This document shows positions 31,510-32,000 of a stretch of 32,000 bases of DNA, in pieces. The notes beneath the pieces were generated by a model, which was given only the letters and a program-made list of their open reading frames with translations, was not told the origin of the DNA and did no database searches. The DNA is from Candidatus Saccharimonadota bacterium. GTDB taxonomy: Bacteria > Patescibacteriota > Saccharimonadia > Saccharimonadales > UBA4665. The stretch is from NCBI GenBank assembly GCA_003516025.1, contig CP023991.1:270001-302000 (forward strand). The letters run 5' to 3'. A program made the position numbers and the translations under genes. Numbering within the stretch: position 1 is the first letter of the stretch; every line of letters begins with the position of its first letter.

Positions 31510-32000
31510 ATGTTAGATAAAGCAAAAAGCGCGTTAGTCACTGGGGCAAATAAGGGCAAGGACATTGCTTCCATTGCCACTAAAGGCTCGAGCAAAGTTA
31601 AGGGCAAATTATTGTCATTCCGCCAGGACAGCGACCTGACACCTGAAGATGTGTTGATCGCGCGGGATTATATTAAAGCCTACTGGCCGAAGCTCGAGCG
31701 ATACCACCCCAAGGATGATGAAAGCCTCATTGGCCTACCAAAGCCGTTCTTGGTGCCGTCATACGCTGAAGGCCACGAGTTTGATTACGATGAAATGTTT
31801 TATTGGGACAGTTACTTCATGGTACAGGGCATGATGGATGAGCAGCATAAAGAGCTGGTTATGGGTATTCTTGAAGACCTGGTCTACCTGTTTAAGCGCT
31901 TTAAAGTAATTCCCAATGCCTCACGGCTCTACATGACGGCCCGTTCGCAACCACCGCTGCTCACGAGCTTTATCTTCGATGTCTACCAGGCCTATGATCC
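31510..32000 (+). CDS. Trehalase (GH37), N-terminal part; continues beyond the window
   Basis: The frame is open from ATG 31510 to the window edge. LPKPFLVPS, MFYWDSYF, IPNASRLYMTARSQPPLL match the trehalase signature region. Confidence 0.8.
   Translation, partial: MLDKAKSALVTGANKGKDIASIATKGSSKVKGKLLSFRQDSDLTPEDVLIARDYIKAYWPKLERYHPKDDESLIGLPKPFLVPSYAEGHEFDYDEMFYWDSYFMVQGMMDEQHKELVMGILEDLVYLFKRFKVIPNASRLYMTARSQPPLLTSFIFDVYQAYD

Overview
This 32-kb segment is a gene-dense housekeeping backbone on both strands, interrupted by accessory modules. Backbone genes are tatA-tatC, pyk, pgk-tpiA, pcrA, a yabE-like gene followed by rsmA, and a tmRNA.

(1) The left end (1 to ~3240) is visibly AT-richer than the rest. 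It holds a lone phage terminase-small-subunit-like gene, small ORFs, a YdeN/RBBP9-type serine hydrolase, several strong hairpins and a duplicated terminator-like element. It abuts a start-less HAD-hydrolase C-terminal remnant and an XRE regulator.

(2) Two phage tail-fibre/tailspike-like proteins lack signal peptides and share a ~35-aa N-terminal module. One (3843-5306) has a pectate-lyase-type beta-helix. The other (12426-13517) has collagen-like triplets and is translationally coupled to a TIM-barrel glycosidase-like gene.

(3) A sortase lies next to an 86-aa protein with a C-terminal LTNTG + TM + RRKK sorting signal but no N-terminal signal peptide.

(4) The most system-like block spans 22.3-29.7 kb. 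A processive GT2 (CslA-like) is translationally coupled to a galactose-oxidase/GlxA-like protein. This pair converges on a GH6 glucanase plus a cupredoxin-like gene, and is flanked by an SGNH esterase and a GH5 glucanase. The layout resembles the Streptomyces cslA-glxA-cslZ tip-glycan locus but has extra components.

I saw no CRISPR array, rRNA, tRNA, integrase or transposase. The lineage guess (a small-genome Gram-positive-type bacterium, possibly Saccharibacteria/CPR-like) is inference from gene content only. All family calls rest on motifs read by eye from the translations; no searches were run.
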